From the NCBI GenBank assembly GCA_009103225.1, contig RHPI01000818.1, positions 186,001-250,000 of the forward strand: DNA of 64,000 nucleotides, written 5' to 3'. The position numbers and the translations under genes were made by a program. Source of the DNA: Chlorokybus atmophyticus (Eukaryota; Plantae; Mesostigma and Chlorokybus algae). The first letter of the stretch is position 1; each line of letters starts with the position of its first letter. Positions 23,215 to 34,669 of the stretch are shown here, in pieces. Below the pieces are notes generated by a model. The model had not been told where the DNA came from, made no database searches, and was given only the letters and a program-made list of their open reading frames with translations.

Positions 23215-24586
23215 TCATCTGGGCGGATCTGCGGGCGTGTCCACAAGCACGCCCACGAGGGTCTTCTCCATAAGGAAGTCGGCGTTAACCCACGCATGGT
23301 ATTTGTTAAAGAGGGTGGTGCCGTCCCTGCCAGCGCCCAGCATCAGCTTGTCCCTCCCACCTGGGTGGAACGACAAGTACGGCGAGATGTTGTACACCTT
23401 CCCCCTCAGCACCATCCACGCATCGTCTGGCGATTTGTGCCTCTTCACCTCCTCCATGGTCACACGCCTGCGCATATACTGCAATATCAGCTAGACAACG
23501 TGCAAGCGCAGGTGCTCAACCTTGCCAGCAGTCCTTGCGTATGCCCTTGCAGCCCAACAAGCATGCACTTTGCATTGTTGATAGGGTCACGTTATTGCGG
23601 TATGCAGTCATGTACACGGCTTTGCACTTGCAACATGGTACCTAACTTAAATACAAACACATATCAACTGGGTGCACGTGATGGGACCAAATACGCAATG
23701 TGAGTGGCCCTGTATGCTTGTGTGTAAGCGTACCGCAGAGGCTGTCCGTTGAGGCCGTTGAGGTTGGGTCTGGTCTTGGTAACCCTCAGCCAGTCCATCT
23801 GGCTGAACCCCTGCTGGTACGGCACCTTCTCCCGCACCTTTGGTGCTGCTGCTACCGGCTGCGCTCTTGCTGCATTTTGCGTCTGTGAACATGCACATGT
23901 GTGTCAGTGTGCGTGCATGCCTGGGGTATGGGAACATGCACACAACTGTGCCAGAGACCCGACCACGCGCGACTGCTGGGATATGCGCCTCAATCAACAG
24001 CATAGTGAGGTTAAGGTAACCATGCCACATGCAGTCAACAGGTCAGTTCAGATGCCAAGCAACAAGCATGCTTGTACATTGTTAAACGCAGATACTGCAA
24101 ATCATTTTGGAGCACCAGCTACGAACTGAGCAGCGTCTCTCCACAACAAAAACTCAACACAGAATCAAGATATGCTGTGACTGTGATGACTGTTACCAAC
24201 ACTGCACGTCTCTTTGCTGAGCAATGACCCTTTCCCCTCTCTCACGTAAAGATGTCATGCACAGAACAAGATCGGGAAGACGAGCTATTCTGCCACAACA
24301 CTTCCACTTTGCTGAGCAATGACCCTTTCTCCTCTCTCACGCAAAGATGTCATGCACAGAACAAGATCGGGAAGACGAGCTATTCTGCCACAAAACTTCC
24401 ACTTTTCGTCAAAAGGGTGGAGAAGTAGACCCAATCATTGCCCCATACCTGCTGATTGGCGCCATCTCCTGCGCCTCCTCGTCCTGCTGCTCCTCCTGCT
24501 TCAGGGGCTGCGCCACTCGGGGGCAGGGATGGAGGCGGCGGCATCAGGGAAACCTGAGCTGGTGCCGGCGGCGTCGGCTGTTCCAT
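23215..24586 (-). CDS. RLF: Cytochrome b5-like heme-binding protein, RLF-like (3 exons)
   Basis: [23 protein letters not shown], then [33 protein letters not shown]...[10 protein letters not shown], with both heme His ligands. Matches recalled RLF architecture. Start ATG 24586 is inferred. Confidence 0.85.
24213..24402. repeat. 95-bp tandem duplication (2 copies, about 3 substitutions) in RLF intron 1
   Basis: Units 24213-24307 and 24308-24402, both beginning TTTGCTGAGCAATGACCCTTT and ending CTTCCAC. Confidence 0.95.
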
Positions 24587-25435
24587 CTTCCCCACCTTGT
24601 TACCACACCGCCGCCGCCGGACACCTCCGCCTCCTGGTCCTCGTCATGGTCACGTCATCACTCTCATCGCATGGCAGCTGCGGCCGGCGGCGGCGATGGT
24701 GCAGGAGGGAGTTCAACCTCCGTGCTCCTGACCCCACTCTTGCCCTGCTCCTCGCTCTCCACCACCGCCGCCGCCGCCTGCTCCAGTGCGCCTGCGTGTC
24801 TGCCAAACGCACAAATGACACGCATGTGACACGCACACATGCACTGACGCACACGAACTCATGCACACACGCACACAGCGCTGCTGTACAGAACTGCAGG
24901 CCCCGTCAGTGTTGTTGCCGTTATCTGCTGCACATCTCCTGACTTCCACGCCTTCACCCAAGCCTCTGCTAGCGAGAGTCTAATGGTCAAAACTGTACGT
25001 GTTGGCGTAGCTCTGTTGTGTTGGTGCAGCCTTGGTCTGGGCCCCCATGTTGAGGTGTTCATGTTGTTTATGTCATTGCTGCATGCGTGGCACTCTGCAG
25101 CTGTGCAAATGCGTGCCGTAGATATGCTTGTGACAAAGACCGACCCAACTGATCGTGTAGGTATAGGCAACAGCATAAGCCAGTGAGAGATTTGTGCCAT
25201 TTGAAGTGTTAGTTCCACCTGATTAATCCTTGCGAACAGTAACAAGTTCAAGAGCTTGCATCAGGCGTTGGCAAATGACGATAAGAGCATACTTAAAATG
25301 CAGCGGGACATCAACCGAACTGCATGCATAAGCTGCCAGGAAGGACTGCCATGACATTGCCAGACAACTTGCACTCTGCAAAACACCAAGCACGCAACAG
25401 AATGACACGGCTGCAGAAAGAATGGCTTATTGCTA

Positions 25436-28400
25436 CTATTTATGCCTGGTCAAGACCAGCTCTGTCAAATGAAACAAGCCCTGTCGACAGAGGTTGGCGT
25501 GCGCAGAGTCCGTCGGCGGTAAAGACGCCACTGCCTCAGCTGCGAGCCTCGCGTGCTGCACCGCCAACTGCTGCGCCCTCTCTATGCCGTTACTCCTTTC
25601 CACCATCGCCAGCGCCTTAGTGGCACACAAAGTCAGTTGAGCAGCACTAACATGTGCGTGCGCGCGCGTACGCACGTGCGCACGCGCGAGTACATGCTGC
25701 TGTGTGCCATAGTGTGGAGTGACCAGGGGACTTGCTGCACTGCGCATCCCAACTTTACAACAAACACAAGGGGGTGCGTGAGGGTGCACCATGGTACCTG
25801 ACCAACATCCCCATCATGTTTGAACCTTCTTGTCACCATTGGTTGCAAGGCGGGAATCTGCTCTGCTGCAAAGATGACAGGTGCCGTCGCTATGCCCTGT
25901 GCAAAATAACCGTTCAGCAAAATGGAAAACAACTGGCAGCAGACACACATGCCTGGAAGAGAGTACATCACCTCTTGGATGTCCGCATGGGCTGGCTTGC
26001 CGAGTGTTTGAGATGAGCCCGTAAAGTCAAGAATGTCATCAACTATCTGGAAAGCAAGACCCTGAAGAACAAGTCAAAGTTGATGTGGCGCATAAGTAGC
26101 AAGCCAATGGACAGGATGACAGCTCTCTCTTCCACTTCTTAGACTGTTCAAGTTGTGTAACAGCTGCTTACCAAGTGTTTGCCAAAGTCATATACGTGAG
26201 AGCAAACCTCCGGAGGCTGGCCGGAGAATATAGCTATTGACTTTGCGCTGTTGGCTATGAGGGAGGCGGTCTTGTAGTATGTCTTACGCGTGTAATGATC
26301 CAGGCTGCAGGCGGTTGCATATAAGCATCAGCAACACACAGCTGTCACAATGCATATGTGATAAAAAGCGGTATAGTGTTTGTGTAATTATGGCTGCATG
26401 AGGCACCTGAGCAATAGGTCAGGGTGGGCGGTCATCTGCATAATCTCTCCTGTAACGAGGTCCTCAATCACTTGGGAAAGCAGAGTGATGACCTGCACAT
26501 GAGGGTGATGAGCACAGGACTACACCTTGCTGCATCCACAGCATTCTAAGTAGGACACACCTCAACATTCTTGAGAGAAGCCAGAGTCACGGATGAGCGC
26601 GCGAGAAGAAAGTCGCCAGCCAAAATGGCCAACTGCCCAAGACTGAAGCCTCAGTTTGAGGTTGAACAGCAAGTTAACACACATCACAACAAGCGCTTAC
26701 TTTGTTGCCAACTACTGCGTTCAATGAACTAACTCCTCGCCTTGTCTGCGCCTCATCTATGACATCGTCGTGTAGCAGGCTTGCAACCTGTCACGTCATC
26801 GCAGGTTGAGCAAACACAAATATTAGTGCATGGCAAACGTGCGGCACCGCCAGCACGTCACCTCGTGCGAAACATAAGCGGCACGCACATGCAGCACGTA
26901 AACATGCGAAGCAGCACTCACATGTATCATCTCTGTAATCTCAGCAATGCGCTGCTGTTTGTACCGGCGTTCCTCAGCGCTATATGTCGCATGCGGCCCT
27001 GGTGGTAACGCTGATGCCATCAGCAGCAGGATCTGCGTGCCAGTGAATATGTCACAGCTGGCATGCTTGGGGACTGGCATAGTTCATGGCTTCTAGCAAA
27101 CAGTCCTTGATGCAAAATTGCTATATAAGCAAATCATTATTGCATGCGGTGCTCAACCTGAAACTTATACCGTTGGCCTGAATCGCTTTCCTTGCGCACC
27201 CATCTTGAAAAAGTAATCTGCAGCGGCCTCCAAGGCTGGGACCTGCCATGACAAGCTGACATGACATGCGCGTGCGTGCGCACATGTGCGTGCTAATAAG
27301 TCTGCAACAAGCAAGCCAAGCGACAACACGTCATAGCAAACAAAAACCAGTGCGCATTCCATGTGCACACTGAAGTGCGCAGGAAAGCTTTGGTGTATGT
27401 GAGTGTCTACTTTGTTGATACCAAACAACCAGACCCAGTCGCCAGCAAATTGCTCAGCTAAGTGTTGCTAATCACCTCTGTTATGACCATCTTCCGCATG
27501 CGTTCTGAGACACTCCTGAGCTCATCTGCAACCAAAGCAAATGGGTCCACCTGCAGGTTGTGTCAACCAAAGCAAGGTCTGAGCAACTTTCGTCACAATC
27601 CTTCCATGCCAAAACAATTCCGACCACTTCTTTCTTACTTCAGGCTCAGCGGCTGTGGGCTGTGGCTGACCGGCAGCTGTGCTGGCAGAATGGTGAAAGC
27701 TGCGTCTTGGGCTCTGCATGTACGTAACTATTCCGAACAAACTGCTGCCAATGGGTGCATGCGCTGGGCTAAAGTTTCTTCAACACAAGTCAATCACAGC
27801 ATGCCTACACTGGCTCAGCGACAGTAGTCAAACATCCAACGAGCTTGCCATGTGCACGCTTGTGTGTAGAATACTACAACCAGCCAGATCGAGATGGTAT
27901 ACATAGTACTGAATACTGCCACGCGCCTGAGACTTGTGAAAGCTGTTGCTGAGTGCGCATATTGCCACCACACCTTACAAATTGATAGCTACTTCTTAAC
28001 AGCGCTATCGTGCACTTGCCCTTGCAGATACCCAAACCAGCACAATATCAAAATAGTAACAATGCAAGCATACGGACACCTTTACGAGCACACACACAGC
28101 AGAGCATTTCATATTCAAACAGGACCTAAGGCTGCAACCGGCTAAGAACAAAGGAAGCTGAATTCAAGCGCAGCACCTTAAACGTGGTACAAGTGCGGGA
28201 TTCTCCAAACCCCGGTACTTTGCCTTGACAGGCAAGCTACTCATGCATGAGGGCCAGCGCTGAGTAAGTAAGCTGTGATTGCGGTTGTTTGTAGCATGTC
28301 CATGCTCATGCTATGTAACCATGCAAGTACCGCACCTGCTGTGGTGGCCAGGACGACACGCTCGGCCCGTCTCCCCAATGGCTCCCGACTGAAGCTGCTG

Positions 28401-28515
28401 CTGTTGCGGCGGCGGCGGAAGTGCAGCGGTAGGCGCTGTCCACGTGCTGGCCGGCAGCAGCTGCCGTCAACAGTGAGGACGACAGGCGCTGAGCATTCCG
28501 CAGAACTCGCGCCAT
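25436..28515 (-). CDS. GPS1: Trans-long-chain prenyl diphosphate synthase (GPS1/SPS3/COQ1-like) with putative mitochondrial presequence
   Basis: Motifs: [47 protein letters not shown] (FARM), [29 protein letters not shown] (SARM), C-terminal [10 protein letters not shown]. The N-terminus [16 protein letters not shown] is Arg/Ser/Ala-rich. Confidence 0.93.
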
Positions 28516-28936
28516 TCTAACAAGCTAGCAACAGCCTGTCCACACACATGCGGCGCTTGTACACCAGCACCGCCCCCTCCGCCGCCGCCGTCGTTGGCCT
28601 GCTTGCGCAGGTGACTGCGCGTAGCGACGATTCGGCAGATTGGACCCAGTCGTGGCAAGGATATCGCCGTTGCTGGCGGCTATTACACTGCATGTATGTG
28701 GATGTCAAGGACGAGAAGATGACCATGTTCATACCTGGTACACGTATCAACACGTATGAACATGGCCTTGGTCGATGACCATGTTTGATACGAAATTCGC
28801 GAATTCGACCAATGCGCACTCCCTGGCCAATTCAACTTATTTTCACGGACGAGTGTCTCCGCCCTTGTCTCAAATTTTGGAGACAGCTTACGCATTCAAG
28901 TGCGGAAAACGGGTTGCGCGATTGTTGGAGGAGACA

Positions 28937-28940
<4 letters not shown>

Positions 28941-29005
<65 letters not shown>

Positions 29006-29087
29006 GTGTATGTGTATGTATACATGTATATATATACATGTATATATATATATGTATATGTATTTGTATATGTGTATATATATATAC
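28941..29087. repeat. Compound microsatellite: (TC)29 followed by a (TA/TG)-rich tract
   Basis: Directly visible. Confidence 0.95.
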
Positions 29088-30283
29088 TTAAAGTGTATAT
29101 TCTCCCCAACCTCACTTATGATGAATCCGTCAACATGTTGCGCGGTCATTTAAAACCCTTAAGCTTTGTAAGAGCACCAAAATGCTCTTGCGGTCGTTGG
29201 GATTGCGGGGGCCGTGGGTCTGCGTACAAGCGCTGATTTTAGTGGTCCCGCACTTAGCATTTTCGCGTGTGTCATTGTAAGCGGGGACTTTTGGTTATTT
29301 TAAGGAATACTTTCGCGCTTATGGCAGAAGAGTCGTTGTAACGAATAAAGCCAAGGGCTTGTTTACGACTTTACTCAAAGCTCCTCGCTACACGAAATCC
29401 GTATGCATGCTTCTTTCCGAGGCCTCCCACGACCACATGGATTGGCCGCCTCCAACTACTTCGGAAGCTATATAAAGTAGTATTGTTGATTCATTATTAT
29501 CCGTGAATAAGTTTTCTTATTTAAGAGTGAGCTCGTTGCCTTATAGTATAAAGTGTTGCACGGATTTGCCTCATGGTTAATACTCCCCTATCAGTGAGGT
29601 CACCAAAGTACTCACGAGACGATCTCATTAATCCCTTTAAAGATTTCATTCGTCGTCGTATTTATCAATTAGTGGTCGAACGTCGGTCGTACTCACAGTT
29701 GGATGCAACCATGTTCGGACGGATGAATCGATTCCGCGACCACACAGCAGCTGCAACACAACTGAAACCGCGTGTTCGTACTTAGCCCAACCACGGCTAC
29801 AAGTTGCTCAATGGAGTGCTGCTCTGGGTTGAGTCATAAGATATTTTCTGTTTACTCTCATTCATAATGTTTAACGCTCGTACTTTAACGTGATGCGCAG
29901 ACGTAGCAATGGATGGATTTACTATCTCCGCAACGAGTCATTTTTATAAGCCAAATCATCGTGATAGTACTATCTGAAATTCGTCTTATTCTCGATATTG
30001 TGATTCATATCAGTGCATCGTTTGAGTGTCAATTCCGAAGTGATTGCTCCGAGTCACGCAAAGCGTTCATCTTTTCAAGTACATATGTTATATTCAGCGC
30101 ATAAGCTTAAATCAATGGACTTACAATCGTCTTTTTGGCCTATAACGACCAATCTGTCGGTATGCGTTTGCCTACAATAATGCTGGGGCAATTATGTAGT
30201 TTTTTCATGGGTTCAAGTGGTAGCAGGCCTGTCTCCGCTACTAGAGCCATCCAGCTTCTAAATTGCTTCCGCCGTCATAGCCA

Positions 30284-30324
30284 CAGTGTTGCCACACGTG
30301 AGATTATCACGTGTGGCATCACTG
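30284..30324. repeat. 17-bp hairpin (11-bp perfect core) carrying two CACGTG G-boxes, followed by CTAG-T
   Basis: CAGTGTTGCCACACGTG-AGATTAT-CACGTGTGGCATCACTG; CTAG at 30328-30331, then T. Confidence 0.85.
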
Positions 30325-31422
30325 AGGCTAGTTGCGGTTGCGAATCCTGTCCGGTGATTACGAATGGCGCATAAGCAACAAGTGTTAACGCCGTTACCAG
30401 CTCCTTACACGACGCGCCCTGAACTAATAGCTCTTGCATTCCATTGATTGCAGCCTAACAATATCATCTCATAAAAATATAGTGTATATCAAGTAATGCT
30501 CAAGTAAAGTGCCAGCTTAACCACCAATAGTTTTCGCTGCAAGAGATGGGACCACATACCTTCACATAAGGCCATGCTTGCAGTGGGGTGCACGAGCGGG
30601 TTGCTTACATAGATAGATCATGAATGTATGCGTGTACTCATCAGGTACAATTACCGGCGAGACTCGTGTTAACCCATCAGTTAACATATTGTGCGTACAT
30701 CAACCAACATAAATTTTACTGACGACAAATATGTTGCGTTGTAGTCTAAGCTTTTACAAAGTCTTAAAGCCCCCCCCCCCCTCCTTAACCCATTTGCGTG
30801 CGGGGCTTGGAGTTGTGGATGGGAGGGGAGCTGGAGGTTAATTATGCACAATAATGCATGTAATACCACCGGCACATATAGAGCAGCTTCGGGCAAGCAG
30901 AGGGACAAGATGATCTCGGATGCAGAAGTGGGTGTAATTCACACCGTGTAAAGCAGCCTGCAATGCAATTACTGATCGCCAATCAGGAAACATGCTACGC
31001 TGCAATGATGGCACGCAATACAAAACATGTCTGTGCCCGCGTCATGATTGCTCTCGGCCGACACGCCCAAGCAGAATCCGGTCCCCCTCTGCCTTGCAGG
31101 TGGCGGCAAGCTCGTGCCCTGCCCCGCGCATGCAACAAAGCAGTGGAGGGCATAGAGTTCCCCTCAGCGATTAGCGCATCCGAAGCAAGAAGAAGCAAGC
31201 CATGATTGTGCATGACGATGCTGCGCCGCTGCGCACCGGCGGCGCAGCATCGTCATGCACGATGATCATGGTCTATCCACAAGCAGCAGCAGAAGTACCG
31301 CTCTGGCCTATCCATATGCGCAGAGGTACAAGTTGTCGTTTTACGTTCGAGTGTCCTTTGGCTTTGTCCGTTGCTGGCGGCTTCCTTGTTGGATTGTTGT
31401 TGTCTGGTGTGGCATCCTCATC

Positions 31423-31640
31423 ATGATGGCAGCGAGGGGTGTACTCAGTAGGCTGCTGCTGCTGCTGGTCGCCCTGCTGGTCGCCCTGCGGGCCGGGGTC
31501 GCCGCCCCGGCCTTGGGCAAGGGCCGACGCGGCGGCCACGCCGTCCACGGCCTCCGCTACGACTACTACAAGCACACCTGCCCGGACTTCGAGCGCCTCG
31601 TCAACCGCGCCGTCCGTCATGCCAGACTGCAAGTACGCCT

Positions 31641-31703
<63 letters not shown>

Positions 31704-33647
31704 ACTGTGGGTCAGGATCCGACGGCGCCGGGGCCCCTCCTCCGGCTGATCTTCCACGACTGCTTCGTACTCGGCTGCGACGCCTCGGACCTGCTCGACC
31801 AAGTGCCAGGTAGTAGCGGTCATGATGATGGCGATGCATGCATGCTTGCAGATGACCAGTGGTGGTGTTGGTGATTGGTCTCGTCAGTACCAAACGTGCC
31901 AGTGCAAGGGCATGCGAAAGATGAATGTATACGCACATATGTATACTGCCCCCTCCAATATGCTCGCAACGTACACGTGCCATGCTAATGCATGCATGTC
32001 AAGCTGCGCAAGCATGCACACACACAACCGCAGTTTGGGTGGGTGGGTGGGTGGGTGAGTGGGCCAGTACAGTAGGCGCACTTTTCACGAGCATTGCATA
32101 CGCACGCACGCACGCACGCACGCAGGGCACATATCTGCACCCACGCAGAGAGGCAATGCACATCAGTCTGCAACAGCAAGTCTCAAGAGTCAACTTGTCC
32201 TCAAGCTCCTTCTGCCCGCTCTTGCTATAGGTTCCCCCCCTGCGGAAGTTGCGGCGCCCGTCGACTTGACGCTGGACCAGTTCCAAACCATAGAGGCTGC
32301 CAAGATTGCACTCGAACAGGTGCGCACTGCTGCTGGGACGTGCATGCATCTCATCATGACCCACACCACGTGCCCATGCCCATGCACATGTGTGTATGTG
32401 CGCGACGACCAAGAGTGAGTGGTAGAGGGAGATGGTAGGGAGAGATGATGGTGACTCTTATACCTAACCCAGGTGTGTCCGGGGGTGGTGTCGTGTGCCG
32501 ACATCGTGGCGCAAGCAGCAGTCGATGCCGTCACGCAGTCGGGGGGTCCGCACTTCAAGGTGCGCATGGGCCGAAGGGACGGAAACCTCTCGCTCTCAAC
32601 AGATGCCACCGATTTCCTGCCCCCTACCTCCCTCAACACTCCAGAACTCATTGCCTACTTTGAGAGGGTTGGGTTGGCTGCTAAGGACGTCGTGCCCCTC
32701 TCCGGCGCCCATACCATTGGCCAGGTACATGTGTGCAATAGTTGCGCACTTAGACATAGCTCAAACAGCGCTGAGTGTGCGCCATTCATAACCGTATATA
32801 TGCACAGTTACCATGGTACTGTGTAGCTGTGTCATATGCACACATGTATGCGTCATCCACACATATGCGTACAACTGTAACTGTATCAATGCTCACATGC
32901 ATACTCGCGTGCAGGCACACTGTGGTGCTGTGGCAGACAGGTTGCCTCCACATCACGACCGCACTTTGACCAACCAATCATACAAGTAAGAAGAACACTG
33001 AGCATGCACCTTCGTTAACACGCGCATTTATGTGGTACACATGCAACTGTATCAACAACGATGTCATGTTGCCCTCTCCCAGACAGTACCTGGAGTCACT
33101 CTTCGACCCAGGCTGCCCCGACCATGGCCAGGCGCAGGTCTTCCTGGACAATACTACAAACTTGCGATTTGACAATGGGTACTATAAGAACCTCCTTCAG
33201 GGGAAGGGCGCTCTCCACTCCGACCAGACCCTTCTCTATGGCCACCTCAGACCTCAGGTGCGTGCTCTCACTCGGAAATGCTGGTGTGCATTCGACTAGT
33301 AACTGACGTCATATACATGCCCTATACATACAAGTCCTGACGCAGCCACCACAGTGCCCCTCTTGTCTTCTTGGTCTCGCACGCATGGTGCGCTCTCTGC
33401 AGACAACACCTGAGCAGCGCATATGCAAGATAGCGCAGCGCCAAAAATGCATTGTGCATGCGCACTGCTAACATCCACTAACCAGGTGGAGCTGTACGCG
33501 CGCGACCAGGACGCATTTTTCCGGGCGTTCATCAAGTCATTCCGGCGCATGAGTGAGCTGGGCGTCCTCACGGGTTCTCGTGGTAGCATTCGCAGCAACT
33601 GCAGCCGTGTCAACCCCCCAGGCCCCATCGGAGGCCCCGGCACTTAA
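31423..33647 (+). CDS. Class III secretory heme peroxidase (7 exons)
   Basis: Hydrophobic signal peptide, then LRYDYYKHTCP, LLRLIFHDCFVLGCDAS (distal Arg/Phe/His), CPGVVSCADI, GRRDG, LSGAHTIGQAHC (proximal His), FDNGYYKNL, SDQTL and IRSNCSRVN. All eight canonical Cys are present. Confidence 0.95.
31642..31701. repeat. (CT)30 microsatellite in peroxidase intron 1
   Basis: Directly visible. Confidence 0.95.
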
Positions 33648-34669
33648 TAGAGATAGCGCCTGAGCAGTGTTGCACAGAAATCAGAAGATCATCAACCTCT
33701 GTATCGTTGTCGTTGCAGTCTCTACAGGACACATGAGCCAGGCACGGTATGAACAGCAATACTGGATGTGCACGTACCTTGGCAGTAGCAGTGTTTTGGC
33801 ATAGGTGAGTACAGTGTAGTGTACAATATTGTGTAGGGTACGGTTGTCATTCGTGACTAAGTTGAGTGTCAGTACATGTTTTTCCAGTCCAGGTTCTTAC
33901 TGTGCGTTTGTGCACATGTGCTGCTTTGCAACACCGACACACGCAACTACACCAACAGGGTGTGCTCCATCCAGCTCGGTATGCTCAACTCACCAACCAC
34001 ATCAAGTGTGGTGCTATCATCCTCTCTCAGACCACCTCCTTTTCCTCAACCCTGCACTTCACCTCATCCCCACTTAACCCAACGCTGCTTTCGCCCTCCA
34101 CCCTGCCCTCGCCCCACTCACATACATGCTGCTGGCTATTAGGCAGACTACAGAGTAGATGATGGTGCTCTCCCCCTCATGCTCCTTGCACTACGGGTAG
34201 CGATGCAAAGCTGCGCGCACGTGTGCGTGTGCCGCATGTCACAGTTGCGCACCTTGCAGAACCGCATTGTGCTGCTGCTGTTGTTGGCGTCACCTGCTGC
34301 GTGTGTGTGCGCAACAACCACGACAACCACCAATGTCTACTATTCGCTCGCGCACGCGCGCGCGCGCGCACACACACATATACACCTACCCACACCCACA
34401 CCCACACCTCTGCCTGCTGAGCTACGCGTAAAATGACAGCGATGCACGGTGTAGACAACGTGACAAACCACACATCAACAGCCAATGCAAATCCCCATCC
34501 GCAAGCGATGTTGCATGCTTAATGGCGGCTATTTGGGGCAGGAATGAACAAGTTGACATCTGTAGTACAACAAGCTACCTGTCTAGCCACCACACGAACT
34601 GCCAGGCCTGCGGCACGCATTGAGGAACTAGGGTTCCATCCCAATCAATCGATAAATAATAATACTACG

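Noticed and set aside
24319-24942. 207-aa plus-strand ORF, and similar antisense ORFs such as 54905-55567 and 12164-12649
   Set aside because: Antisense shadows of GC-rich coding exons on the other strand, with no domain signal.
29240-30100. Short ORFs in the AT-rich block, including a minus-strand LNPEQ resembling a PIF1/Helitron helicase motif
   Set aside because: Single 5-residue match among many stops, on the opposite strand to the candidate Helitron end, with no Walker A.
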